This document shows positions 1 to 12,300 of a stretch of 64,000 nucleotides of DNA, piece by piece. How positions within the stretch are numbered: position 1 is the stretch's first letter; every line of letters begins with the position of its first letter. The position numbers and the translations under genes were made by a program. A model generated the notes under the pieces. That model ran no database searches. It was not told where the DNA came from and saw only the letters and a program-made list of their open reading frames with translations. Origin of the DNA: Lytechinus pictus (taxonomy: Eukaryota); NCBI RefSeq assembly GCF_037042905.1, contig NC_087251.1, positions 32,986,001 to 33,050,000 of the forward strand. The letters run 5' to 3'.

Positions 1-238
1 ATACTCATTGATGAAATAGGAAACTACACTGTAAAAAATACTAGTAATTTTACGAAGAAAAAACGTAAATTTAAAGGATGTTTACCTTTTAAAAACAGAT
101 GACACAATGATTTAACAAACCAAACGTATTTATGCAGTGATATGTAACGTAGAATTACAAGTTAAATGTAAAACAAAGTAAAATATAATAATCTTTGTAA
201 AAATACCAACAAACTTTCGTGTTCGGAGTGGGTCTTAC

Positions 239-348
239 CATGGTGGCACCCATTGATTCAATGAGTAGGTGAAAGAGATCCTTGGTAAGCTGTGTTGAGA
301 GGTCGTCAGTCAGGCTAATGACTGGACGATAGGATGGGTGTGACAGAT
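239..348 (-). CDS. LYST: LYST exon (LSHPSYRPVISLTDDLSTQLTKDLFHLLIESMGATM)
   Basis: cattcattag / gtaaga; 110 nt, phase 1 to 0. Confidence 0.85.
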
Positions 349-3300
349 CTAATGAATGGAGAAAAAAAAGGAGCTTTACCAGAGTCTACAACCATGGTTA
401 CATAAAGTACTTTGTGACATGCATGAGTAAGTATTAAATGAGTATGAGCCCCCCCCCCAAAAAAAAAAAAGATAGATTTTCTTTCCACAAATGATTTCTG
501 GTGCTCATTAGCTCATTATGATTATAGCTTTAAAGTAAAAATCATTAATCATTACATTTCAATTTGTCATCACCACAATCTCCATCACAATTAGGAAGAT
601 AACAACTTACAACAATCACCACCATCGACCACCAGAACCTCAAATAAAATCCCCATGACCATTCTCATCACCATCTTCCCCTTCCTCCTCACCACCAACC
701 ACCAATGTGCTGATACCACCAAAATCACCATCATCCTCCTCCTCATCATTGTCATCAACATCACCAACACCATCAACTATATCCTCATCATCATCCTCAT
801 ACTAATCACCACCACCGCTGCGTCCATCATCAACAGTTATCCTCATCTCCATTCTTACCACTGTTAACAACCAGATTGACAGCTAGCAGACATAGCCTTT
901 GGAATCTCCTAGCCATCTCCTGCTCCGTGGCCGGCACACCGTCTTTGTTCCCTCCACGTCCAGATCCACCTCGATTCAAGCTATCTACTCTTCTTGATCG
1001 CAGCAAAGACTCCAGATTGCTTGAATAACGACGAGCTTCAATAGAGAACACATTCAATTGATCATTCCCATTCTACTACAGAATTGAAATGTGCATTGCT
1101 AGGCAACATAACTGCATCCCCAAGCACTCTGTCATTATGATTTCAGATTCAGATATTTTTATTGTTCACAATGCAATCAGGTACAAATGGAAATTCAATT
1201 TGTTCACACAAAATAATTTACAATGTCATATGATACACACAAAGTAATCATTATACAATCCAGCAAACAAAGATAAGAGAAATTAAGTTAAAGGCACAAG
1301 GGGGGGTAATATAATTTCAAGTATGGCCATTAAATGTACAGATTGAAACAGGAACAAAAGAATTAACGAAGCATGAGGTTCTGCCAGGAAGTAATCTCAG
1401 ACGTTTGCCTGACCTCATCAAATTATTATAACTCTAATCTTTCTCAAACAAAAGGATTGGACTATTGTTAATGTTAACAGCAGCATCACTAAAATTATTT
1501 TTGAAGTTGTTTTGTGACAATCTGACACATCTCTGTACAAAAGACCATAAATCAAGAAAAAGGGTGAAAAAGACATGGCCTTTGAGCCTTTGCAATACAA
1601 GAAGATGAGGGCAGCATTTTCAACAAGAATATTTAAGTAGATTGTATGAACTACCGTAATATCACTAGGGCAACAAATCATCATATCTACAATCAGGTTT
1701 GTTTTTTAAGACTAGATAATCTATCAAATGATGTTCTGTCCAAATATATGCATGTCCATCTGTCTCTGTCTCTCTCTCCCATTTCTCAATACAATCAAAG
1801 TCATTACACCATGTCAAAGTGTTCTCTCCTAAATAGTTGACCTATTTTGAGATATGAGATTTCCTCGCCCAGCAACGATATGGAATATGCATCTTTAAAG
1901 CCATACAAAAAAACTACAAAGTAATAGACACAGAATACATAAGGCACAATATAAATCCAGAATATTACACTCCTGATTATAACAAGCATCATCCATGTAT
2001 TAGTGCTCATAAATGACACATGCATGTGAGCGAGTGTTAGTACCTGCAGCAGCAGATGAAGGGAGCAGGTCCGTGAAGGAAGAGGAGTGATCCCTGTGGA
2101 TACTTGGTACTGAAGTCCTAGGTCTCTTGGTGTAGTCCCAGAAAGTATCATTAGTGTCTGGTTGACCTCTGCTACTGCTATGTATACCAGCTGTTGGATT
2201 AATAAGCAGGGGTTATGGCAACATGAAGATGAGCTGTTATTCTGAAGCAACAATTAGCAGGTCTTAGAGAAAATAATTACACAGGGGCTCGCAGCAATTT
2301 TGCCCTTTCGCCCCCGCAATGCTAAAAAAAGCCAAGGAAAAAATAAAAGAGTCCAGGAAAAATCCTATTCTCTGCAATGTTAAAGCTTCTTCCATGTTGC
2401 AGATTCAGTTGTTGGGTTTGGAAAGGAGGCCTCCAAAAATGGGGAAAAAATTACACATTTTTCACTTAGCAGGTATGTTGTTTATAGATTGTATTCCTTT
2501 TATTATATTGAATTCAAACCAAATTTCATAAAATTTGTTTTATAAACATCCTCATCATTTTAAATGTTGCACCAAATGGGCAATTTGCTATGAAAATCAA
2601 ATACAATCCAGAAGCAGCATCAATGCAATAGCAGCAGATGAAGACTCCAGTGTCAAAAGATGCTACAGCAATCCTTGTAAATTTACAGAAAAATTATATA
2701 AATTTATTTTATTCATATAACCTTTCCTGATATTTAGCAATGTAGAAAAACTGCAATTTGACCTCCTGGCTGCAAAGGTTGTCTTATTTGTGAACAGACC
2801 ATTTTGAATATAATAATAATGCATTAGTTTACCTCATTTTTATCAGGTCTCTCTTTATGAATGGTGATGTAAGAAAGTATTCTTTTCTATCATATTACTC
2901 TCAACTTTAGGTTAAAACTTCAATACAAAGATAGGTCTCGACCTTAAAAAAATATCTGATATAACTAAATTTTCATCAACAGTTTATAAAAAAAATATAA
3001 ATAATCGCATATTACTCTTCAGTCCCTGTGATATAATTCATACTGATAAATGGAGTCATTTAGAATATTGTAACATGAAAAATAATGAGAAAATGCAATA
3101 AAAATAAAGTTAAAATAAGCTTCAATGAGATAGCAGCAGATAATACAAAAGGGCATTTTTAAATTCATAAAAATCAACCATTACCAAACACACCTCTGCC
3201 CTGCAACATTACTGAGAGTGCTAATATAACTTAAAATGATTTAAGAGAATGTTAGAATAATAAACTGAGTTTATATACATGTATGCACGTATCATTACAT

Positions 3301-6300
3301 CAAAGCCAGATATGTCTTCTTTTTATATGGACATATTAATATGATGGTGGTGAAGATGTATGTAGGAATAGAAAAAAAAATTAACTGCCCCCCCCCCAAA
3401 TAAAGGAAAAATAAACAAAGGGAAAAACAACTGGTTTTTCAACATTTTCATTAACAATTCCAATACAGAATGACAACATTCCTTTCTATAAAGCCAGGGG
3501 CCCATTATGATAACAAATTTGCTATAACAGTTTTAGCTACTGAAATCATTCAAATTGATTGACTGGCTAATAGTAAACTTATTATAGAAACTGTGGATCT
3601 GTTCTTTATGAAACGGGTCCCAGGACTTCTTTCATCCCATTGGGATATTAAGTGATTACTTTTCAGTCTGGCCTAATAAAAATCTCATGCACATGGTCTA
3701 ATCCTATTTCCTTTATCATCAGTTCATCTCATAACCATTTGGTCTTATTGCCACTCAGCCCAATTGAAAGTCTTTCTACTTCCCATCTAGGATATAACCA
3801 TTTTGTATAATATTCACTTGGTCTGATATCACTTATACTGGTTTCTACAATTAGATTCCAACTCTTTTATGAAGCAAATCTAATTAAATTAAATACAAAA
3901 TAATAAAGAAGATGAAGGGGGAAGTAGACCATCTTGGCATAAGAATTAATTATAGTAAGCCCAGGGCTCCATAACACAAAGGTTTGCAATGAATTGCCAA
4001 TATGACAGAACCGCACTCATTGGCTTCCGGTCAGTATTTTAAACAGAGTGCGCATGCAACGATCATCTTGATTGGTCATTGGTATTTTAGCGATTGATTG
4101 CAAACCTTTGTGTTACGGAGCCCTGAAGATGGTAGGACCAGGGAAAGAGTTACACAGGGGCCCTGGGCAATTTTGTCCCCCCCAAAAATAATAGCTCAAA
4201 AGAGCCCTGGATTATCGCATTTATTGCGACCCAATTTTGCAGAATTAGGGAGTAAGTAGCCCCTGAAAATTGGATTTTTTTGCCTGACTGGACATTGTTG
4301 CATTTTTGCCAGATGGGCTTAGTCATGATGGTGTTAGAAGATCTTAGAATCAAACCATCTGTGAACATAAAACCGTCTATCTGGACCATACTCGTTTCCC
4401 TTGCATTGTCTGTATGGATGGGTTTCATTAGGATGATGGGAAGGTTAGATTAGAGGAAGATAAGAGAAAGGAGATGAATAATGACCTGCTTCCGGACTAT
4501 CTCCAATAGATTTCATCCGTTCTTTCCATCGGTATGCTTCATACTGTCGCTCTGATAAAAACATGAATATATATCAATGAATATGAATTGTATGAAATAT
4601 GGTCAAAGGAATGTCATAAATAACATAATCACTCTTTTTGAAATATACATTTCAATGAATTTAAAACAGTTTTAGAACATTGACAACAATGCCATGTGTA
4701 TCTATTTTATTCAATCCATGCAAAATCAACTGACTAGTAAATAAGATCATTTCTTTTTGTTATTCATGGAACAAAGGCGGCAAAAGCAAAATCTTATTTT
4801 CTTTTGATATATTAAACTGCACACAATTATAGTATGAATATAAACATAAAATTCATGAATATGGTCCAATGTATATACAATAATATCTATGGTAATGGGT
4901 TGTATTTCTTACAATCAAAGAGAAAAATTACACACAGTAGTTTTTCTTCATAAGTTAGAATAATTTAGTCACTGTTACATTAGATATAGCTGACACAAAA
5001 GAGCTGGCAAAAAAAAATTTGAGAAGGGAATTCAAAGTCTATCATGCATTTCAACAAAAAAAAAAAAAAATAGGATGTTTGTTTGTATCATACACTTTTA
5101 AGCCTAAAATATGGAAGATGGCTATATAATCTTTTCAAGCACTTTTGTGTAGCATTTCAAGCTAATTAATACATGGTGAGCAATGGTAGCCAAAACATGG
5201 GTGAGTGGTTAAAATGTATGAAATACCTGAGTAGCTGATGCTTCTTTGTAGTGTTCCTGATCTAGCACCAGCTGTTAGGCTAGACTCTATAGCCTTGGAG
5301 GTAGACTGAAAGTGTTCTAGGACTTCTCTGATGACATGGCACTCTACATCGTGAACCAGACGGCACGCAGCGGAGCGTGTGCCGTAGTTCCGTTGGAACA
5401 TCTCTTCCAGTCCACCCAGGAGGGTTAGCATATCTTCTAGGTGCTGAAGGTATTGATCACCTGATAAGCTGGACGAAGTGGAAAGACAAAAAAAGATGGA
5501 GTACATGTGATGGTCAGTCTATAACCCATAATGTGTTAGTAAAAATGAATTTGGACATTTGGAAAAGCAGATCCTCAGCTATAGCTGGAATAAAACTTGT
5601 ATAAAAATGATGAACTAGAATCATACACACAACAACAAATTACTGTTCTTTACTAGGGGTAAATCCTTTAGCTTTTCTAGTCTGGGGTTATTTTATAAAT
5701 CTGCTCATAAGTTATGGATGACATTACTGGTGACCTGTTTTTGTGTTAAATGGTTTAACCCCATGCAGCTGACTCAGTACCTAAGAAGATGTTCCATTCA
5801 GCGTAAAGTCATGCATAAAGCCATGCATAACTTACAAGCAGCTTTTTGTAACACCACACAGGTCTTATAGTGGACTCTGCATAATAATGTCAGGTTATTA
5901 TTACATTCTCTGCTCTAATATACCGAGCACTTAGCAACAAGGCAGAAGATCCCTTGTTGTTATCAACAACTGCTGAAAGAACTTGGTAAGATCTAAACGA
6001 ACTACAACAATCTACAATACCCAAGGAACACACTTACCTGAAGACTCTATTAGCAATGCAAGCCAGGATATGTCTGACGTCATCTAAGAGAACAGTCAAT
6101 GCCCTGCTACTCCATTCGTAGTCAACATCCTCCATTGAGGTTGTACACAGTGATGCCAGCGTGTTGGTGGTGGCTTCCAGAAGACCGTTCTCCAACAAGG
6201 CTGGTACCAGCTGGGGACCACCCTCAAACAACTGCATATGGAGAAAGGGTCCATATCATTTCAGAGTAAGACAACAGAATTATCATCTTTAATGTAGGAA

Positions 6301-9300
6301 TTATGGTTAGCATTGGCAAACATACTCGACTATACCTTTGACCTTGATAATGAGACCTGAAATTTATGAAAGATAATCAGTTATCTTTGATAACCCTTAT
6401 GTCCACATTTCAAAGAATAGGTCCATATTTATTTTTTAAAGTTATTAGGACATGGCAAAAAGGTGACCTTGGTTAATATTTCAATGTTGACGCCACTGCC
6501 TATAGTACTGCAAGTAAAGTTAAATGCAGAGTGGACTTATCTAAACAAATCAATGCCTCATACTAGTTTGCTGTGCAAATCCCTCACTCAAAGAAAGTAG
6601 TCTGAATATGAAGCCTAAAGTTCCTGGCTGTGACATGTGCACAGAAGTTCCCTCTTAGTTGCACTTGCACAAGTCTTGTGTGAAGACCCATTGTTGATCA
6701 GTGTAGATCAGGGTCTGTGCCTGCAGACTAGCCTCATACCATACCAACAAGCATAAATTGAGTTTTCTATGACTACAGCATGTTTTGATTAATGGACCTT
6801 TCTTGATGAACTTGCTACATTAGGAGTAATCTCAAAATGAAATCTCCATACACTGGTTTTAAACAACCTTTGTGACTTAGGGCTATAAGGACTCACATGT
6901 AATATTGCACATAAGATGTTATGACATAGCTGAGCATCATGGGTAGAATTCTCCATCAGAGAACAGATAAGAACCACCGACAGCTGTCGAAACCGAGGTA
7001 GGTCTTGAATCAAGGCTAGGTCAAGTCTGTTACGAGAAATGATGCAAAGATTTCTAAACAAACCTACATATTGGAGCAGCTGTATAAGAGTACTAGTTGG
7101 TAAATGAAATGAAGGATATTTTAGTTTAATTGATATCTTATAGAGCTTATAGTATATTAAGGCAAAATGGTGTCCCCCCCAAAAAAAAAAAAAAAAACAT
7201 GCCAAAACAATAAAAAATGTGCAACAAAATAATTTCCAAGAAATATAGAAAATAAGAAATTTCATAAAATATAAATGAATGATTTCCAGAAGAAATCAAG
7301 TCAATAATAGAAAATAATGGAAAATAAAGTCAATACAAATATAAAGGTAAAAGGCAACTGATAATTAATTTGTCTGATTAATAGAATCAAATACTAACAA
7401 AATTATGTATATCTTTACCTGTGTTTTCCATTTTTCAAAAAAGCTTGATATTAATATCTTTGATCTTTATCAAATGTTTATGTGCTTACTCTTGATCAAG
7501 ATGAACTGGTTTGCCGAAGGTGATGGTGAGACAAGCTTCAGCTAGTTCCTGCGTTACAGGATACTGATGAAGCTGATTGGCCAGCTGATGAAAACCTTGC
7601 ATTCTAAGGAAGCTAGACAGCTGGGCTTCGTTAGCACGGTGGAAGTATACATCAAGAAGCTGAACAAAAAAAATAAATGAAGAAATGCAAATGCAAAATA
7701 TCTTGCATACATATTCAAATGCAATGACAGAACTGATATTTTGCTCCAAGATAAGGTTGAAGATACTTTATACATGTACTTGATGAGATAATTCCTCTTG
7801 CAGCTCCAAAAAGTTAAAATAGAATGAACTTTGCTACATGTCGTGAAAGATTGTTGTCATAGTGAAGATCTCTTTTTTACAATAAAAGGAGAGTGCATTG
7901 TGCAAGTAAAAACCTGGATACATCTTAAAGAACAAGAGATCCGGTTGGAGGCTGCAGATTTCTAATAATGGGAAGCGCAGCCTCTTTGATAGTCAAGATA
8001 AAATTGTTCTCTCAGTATCAAAGAGGGGGTTGGTGAAAGTGAGTATAGGAGAGGGGGGCATGGATAGGGGTGGTGGAGAGATGACTGGGAGAGGGGGAAG
8101 GGCACAGATGCATAGACATACACACACATACAAATCAACAAGAGCACACAAAAAGTGAGTAAATGTATTTTTTTCACTGAAAGTTGACATGAGACTTTTC
8201 AATTTGTTATTAGTTTGTAGACAAACATTTTTGTGCATATTTGTGTGCATATGAATACCTAATAGTATGCAAATAATGAATGCTTATGAGTGCAATGGAC
8301 AGAATATTTCATGAGGTGAAAGATGAAATGATCCGCCGAGTTGAATGGATCATTATTTCATCTTTTACCGAATGAAGTATTCTGTCCATTGCACTCATAA
8401 ACATTCATTATTTGGTTTATATGACACCTAAAAATTGATTTCTTAATATAAATTTATGAATTTCGATGCAAAGCATGCTCATGCAGTGCGAGTTTGGTCT
8501 GTTGATTGTTACGTCATTACACCATGCGCACTGCTGGTGCCTGCAGCTGCAGCAGTCTCGGTCGCCGCGTGCAAGGGACAAAATCGTATGGATCCAAAAT
8601 TGCACGGTTGATGACGTCATTGCAAAATGGGCTGAATGAACGATATCAATCAAACAACCAATCAAATCACAAGGATCTATCTAGGTGTCATATAATATTT
8701 GACACCCTACAACTGTGAAAAATCATTATCGGTAGCCGTTGGCTACTGAATTATTTAATTTCCATGGACTTTGTATAGGAACAACCCAGTTCCAGAGGGC
8801 AATGGGTAAAGAATTCTGGCTAACCTTAACAACACTGGTCCGTATCTCTTCCGAGTGATGGTGCGCGATGACGATAAGGGTCTCTGGCTTCAATACAATC
8901 CCCAAGACCTTATCCAACTTGGACTCTGAGATGAAAATGAGACATTCTGCCAGCAGATCCAGCAATCCCGAGCAGAGACGGCTCAATGTGATGTCCCGAT
9001 GGCTGGCATCTAGACTATCAAAGCTTGAGACTACCAAGTTACCATCGTCTTCAATCATGGTGGTTTTGTCCTCAGAGGGTTGGTTCTTGGGATCCGACAG
9101 TGAGTCGTCATCAAGGGGGGAAGTGGCCATGTCATCGTCTGAGAAAGGGGATTCAACGAAATCAAGTTTCTACTATTAATTATTAACAATTAATTATCAA
9201 ATAGAGCATTGATCACCGTGATTTCATTTCAAAGGTTTTCATATATATATCTTTCAACAGTTTAAGAAAAAAAATCAAAAAAAAAAAACCCTTGATCAAA

Positions 9301-12300
9301 TACATAAATCAAACCACAGGTGGTACCAACTCTAATACAATGGGAAGTTGGAAATACATATACACTGAAACAAGGAGATTTGAACCTTGAAAAACTTCAT
9401 ATAAATTGTTTTTGAAAATTCTGACACAGAGTAGTGGCATATCTACTTAAGTAAACCACTGTTGATGATTCTTGGCACTTTTAAATGCAATCTTGTAGAG
9501 AGAGAATTATATTCTAGGGCCCCATCAGTTGTGAATGATCCAATCAACCTGAACTATGGAAAGCCATCAATGTTGTAATTCTTCATACAGGAAGTTATAC
9601 ACCGTCCCTTTAGAATTGGAGCACAATGAATAGTCAAGACACTGATGCTTGCATGACTATAAATCACAATCCAAGACAATTTGTACGAAAAAACGAATTC
9701 TAAATATTGGGATTGCTGGCTTCCCATAGTTTCGTTTGATCTGATCAATTACAATTCTTTGTGAGACATGGGCCTGAAGCGCTTACCACTTTGTGAGAGC
9801 TCTATCGATCCATCCTCTGGTATAGCAGCCAGCTGCATACCACCAAAATTAGCACTTTGGGCTCTCCGTTCTCTGACAGCTGGGGCCTTCCTCCCAACAC
9901 TGGTCCCGGCATCATCTTCTCCGACGTCCCCACCCGCAAAGGCATCATCTTCCGCATCTTCATGGTTGTCATTGGCAATCGCATCACCATCATGCCTAGC
10001 AGTGTAGTTTATTCCCTCTTCATCTGCCTCCTCCTCTTTCCTCTGCTCATCTCCGCTTGATAAGATCTCACTCTCCCCTGACGACGAAGACGTTGAGGAA
10101 GAGACTTCATCACTGGTATCGGTAGGAGAATCGGAAGGACTTCCCCGTCCCATCATCCCATCTGTTGAGTCTCTTGGAGTTCTTTTCTTGCGAGGACTGC
10201 TTGTTAATGGCCTTCCACCATCTGCTTCATCACCTCCACCACTAATTTCTTCATCTCTTGGTATCTGTACCCCCTCTCCGGATGGGTTATTATTGACTAT
10301 ATGCCGACTCTCATCAATCTTCCCCTCATCTGGGTGCTCAAAGGAGGACTGTGATTTCATTGTCTTCTCTGTAATTCAGATAGAGATGAAAGAATTAGCC
10401 AATTTCACAATTCCTTTCTTCCTTCAAATTACCAAATTTCATATATAATGAAATACTCTTTATCCTAATCTGGAAATTTAGTAAAACAGTATACTTCCAC
10501 ATTACAGACCAAAAAATAAAACTAAGAAAGCAAATATCAGAGATATGCATATATGCACTCTACAAATTAATAATTTATTACATAAGAAATTGAACAAATC
10601 ATCAATTTGAGTTTAATTAAATTACATTATTTTCCCTTATACTCAATATTATGCTACATTATACTTTACATCAAATATACATTGCTCTGCATTCTACTCA
10701 ATATCATACTATTGAATTAAGTACATTATGTTACAACAGTGAAAATAGGGATAAGTTTCTTCAAAATAGGAAAGACACTATGTGGCAAAGATTATGCAGT
10801 AAATTCACGGAGAAAAAAAAGGAAAATTATATAGAAACAAGACATCCGACATGGTCCAAAAAATTCATATTCTTTCCTACAAATTCAAATGGTGTGACTA
10901 TGCTGTGATAAAAAAACCTTACTTCTTTTCAGCATCTCCTCCCTTGATGTTGGGGGTAGGTTGAGCTTGAAGTCATGACGACGTACTTCATCCATGTCAT
11001 GGGATGAGACCTCCGATGGTGTACTAGACCGAGACTTGTACCATTTCCCTGAAGAAAAAAAATCCAGAATGTAGGTATATGTTCATTATGATGCTCAATC
11101 CTTCATCTCAGCTTCTCTCCTTTATTTCCCAAATGAAATGTGTTTCGATTCATACAAGGATAATAATAATCATGATGATGAAAATTATGATGGTGATGAT
11201 GGTGATAATGATGATGAAGATGATGAAGATGATGATGATTATGATGATGGTGATAATGATGATGAAGAAGATGATGATGATGATGGTGATGATGACGATG
11301 AAGGTGGTGATGGTAGTGATGATCAACAACATAATTACGTTTCATTCTTAGGTCATTTTCTGCTTGACAGAATCTATTCCTCCATGACAAAAAGGTCTAT
11401 AAGTTTTGGAATACGAAACTTAGCTTAAAACCAAACATTGGTGTGAAACACTACCTTTGTGTAAGAGGAAGAAGAAGCTTGACGGAGCATGGCAGACGAA
11501 GGTATTAACTGCAGGATGGACGGCCAGAAGGAAGTCACTGATCTCAGCCATAAGATGTGGGTCTGCTGGAATCCCTACCATCGTCTTGATAATCTCAATC
11601 AATGATGAGTAGGTGTCCACTGGGAGAGCAGGTAGATCCTCACTGTGTCTCTCCTAGAAATCATGCGAGACATGAGAAAGGTGTGATCTAAGAGTTATTT
11701 TAACAATATTTTTTCTAAATTTTTGTTCTTTTTTTCTATTTTCAATCCAATTTAATTCAATAAATAGAGTACTGCGTATAAAAATCCATAAATGGTTCAC
11801 AGCCGAAAGGCAGAAATTAGCATGTTTGCAACACTATATATTTACAATAATTTGTGTGCAAATGTGGCAAAACATACAGGTATGTGTAAGAACCCATGGT
11901 ATACTTGTAATAGATAAATAAATACATTTCAACATAAAAAAAAATTCACACATCAAACATAATTGTTTTATGCTGGTGCATGCTTCTGGACCAGTCTGAC
12001 TTATTTCAGCTGATTGTTATTCTTGGGGAGAAAGATCTGGGGAATGTCCTATGAAGCATGTGGTAAGTGATTTTCACAGACAAACGTACTCTGAGCCAAT
12101 CAGGTATAAGGAATTCAGTAGCTTATAACAAACAGTCAGCGAAGCCTTGCTTACCCTACAGATGGTGAAGAGCTTCTGGACCAGCCCGACCCGTTGCATC
12201 TGATTGATGTTGAAGGAGTAGAACGGATGGTCGTGTCTGATCAAGGCCAAGATGCCTTCCAGGAGTATCCTCCAGGCTCCTTTCCTGGCCCGATCCCATA

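Noticed and set aside
591..867. Hydrophobic Ile/Met/Val-rich ORFs
   Set aside because: Artefacts of the (CAT/CAC)n tract
1140..1830. Possible decayed CR1-like LINE 3' end
   Set aside because: Only a ttcaga-repeat tail and vague coding texture; no motif clear enough to report as a feature
1804..2253. 149-aa ORF frame as the LYST exon
   Set aside because: Phase 0 conflicts with the phase-1 neighbours; the alternative frame 2044-2190 fits
7962..8250. Pro-rich minus-strand ORFs as an extra exon
   Set aside because: Purine/pyrimidine-skewed low-complexity tract that runs into stops with no good donor; flanking exons already join in frame
9139..9175. TAGTAG acceptors at 9169 (and likewise 1072) as exon starts
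   Set aside because: They give phase 0, incompatible with the upstream phase-1 donors; acceptors at 9138 and 1035 were preferred, unverified without RNA data
11079..11428. Poly-His, poly-Asp and poly-Met ORFs
   Set aside because: Translations of an intronic (GAT)n microsatellite; no splice signals or coding context
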